NCBI GenBank assembly: GCA_024407725.1
Contig: JAKSVZ010000024.1
Span: forward strand, 1 to 6,748
Direction of reading: 5' to 3'
DNA: 6,748 nucleotides
DNA from: Opitutales bacterium
GTDB lineage: Bacteria; Verrucomicrobiota; Verrucomicrobiia; Opitutales; UBA9783
Shown: positions 6,091 to 6,748 of the stretch, piece by piece
Layout of the letters: every line of letters starts with the position of its first letter
How positions within the stretch are numbered: the stretch's first letter is position 1
Position numbers and translations under genes: made by a program
The notes under the pieces: model-generated
Seen by the model: the letters and a program-made list of their open reading frames with translations, nothing else
What the model was told of the DNA's origin: nothing
Database searches by the model: none

Positions 6091-6748
6091 GCCATTCTTT
6101 CCCCAACAACTGTACTTCTGGCTCCAACCACACCTGTTTTTGATTATAGACCTGCGATCGAACCGTACGTACTAATTGTACCACATCCATAAAACGCCCT
6201 TCGCCCCCATTGACAACAAAATTAGCATGTTTCGGGGATACGTATAGTGACCCAATCTGCAAACCTTTCAAACCACAGGCATCGATCAATTGACCCGCAG
6301 GAGCAAGTGTTGGATTTTTAAAAAAACAACCCAAGGTATAACCGTTTGGTTGATGCTCCGAACGGCGCTCACGCAACAACAACCGTTGTTGATGAATCCT
6401 GTCGGTTGAATCCACAGAACCGGTTAAAATTGCCGATACCGCCACCCCATTGCGCAGGGTTTCGCATGAACGATAAGCATAGGTTAATTCCGAATGCTGG
6501 GTTGTATGCAATTGTCCGCTGCTATCCACCCAATCGATTTGCTCAACGCGATCCAAAATTCCAATACCCTGTGTCCCCGCATTCATCCTTAAAGCACCAC
6601 CGATGGTACCTGGGATTCCGTCTAAAAACTCGAAGCCACCAACCCCTTCCCGTTCCGCTTCTTCCAAAAACATGGGCAAGGAGCAACCCACGCCCACGCG
6701 ATACCGCCGAATACCTTTAGGCGCTGCATCATCGATCAAGGCACATTG
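6077..6748 (-). CDS. murB: UDP-N-acetylenolpyruvoylglucosamine reductase (MurB), C-terminal ~220 aa; 5' end outside window
   Basis: MurB-type motifs are present: GIPGTIGGALRMNAG, YAYRSC, GCFFKNP, ACGLKGLQIGSLYVSPKHANFVVN. The frame remains open to the window edge, so the Met at 6739 in the ORF track is internal. The FAD-binding N-terminal domain is missing from the window. Confidence 0.9.
   Translation of the reverse strand, partial: QCALIDDAAPKGIRRYRVGVGCSLPMFLEEAEREGVGGFEFLDGIPGTIGGALRMNAGTQGIGILDRVEQIDWVDSSGQLHTTQHSELTYAYRSCETLRNGVAVSAILTGSVDSTDRIHQQRLLLRERRSEHQPNGYTLGCFFKNPTLAPAGQLIDACGLKGLQIGSLYVSPKHANFVVNGGEGRFMDVVQLVRTVRSQVYNQKQVWLEPEVQLLGKEWHELL

Noticed and set aside
4478-6720. Plus-strand ORFs 4478..4681, 5116..5328, 5190..5372, 5359..5598 and 6346..6720
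   Set aside because: They are antisense shadows inside ftsQ, ddl and murB, whose minus-strand translations carry clear family motifs. Nothing recognisable appears in the plus-strand translations.

Overview
Every feature I can support is on the minus strand. In transcription order (high to low coordinates) the window reads: murB (5' end cut by the window edge), ddl, ftsQ, three tandem paralogous genes of an unrecognised membrane-anchored protein family (here called C, B and A), an AT-rich spacer with weak promoter-like and boxA-like motifs, and the first ~540 nt of a 16S rRNA gene. murB, ddl, ftsQ and paralog C are packed tightly: a 14-nt overlap, a 4-nt gap and a 2-nt gap. The paralog array sits where a canonical dcw cluster would carry ftsA/ftsZ, and it is the unusual part of the window. 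(1) Each paralog has an N-terminal TM helix, a conserved DPYHxFHETRWN/GSSH block, a highly divergent central segment and a near-identical ~100-aa C-terminal block containing DxxH. This suggests a DltD-like or SGNH-like acyl-esterase/transferase architecture, inferred from motifs only. (2) Paralog C is split into two reading frames at an 8-nt tandem repeat, (TCGTTGAC)n at 3644..3690. Gaining one unit or losing two would restore a 385-aa protein the same length as paralog B, which fits a slipped-strand phase-variation switch. (3) The 3' blocks of the three genes show mosaic identity, including a 133-nt perfect B=C tract, which points to gene conversion. (4) Each duplicated unit carries a relic copy of the last ~75 nt of ftsQ, which records how the array formed. 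The 16S fragment has a PVC/Verrucomicrobia-like signature plus an extra compensated base-pair change in the EUB338 helix. The plus-strand ORFs in the track are shadows of minus-strand genes or lie inside the rRNA. No homology search or structure prediction could be run, so the family assignment and the phase-variation claim are hypotheses with stated tests.
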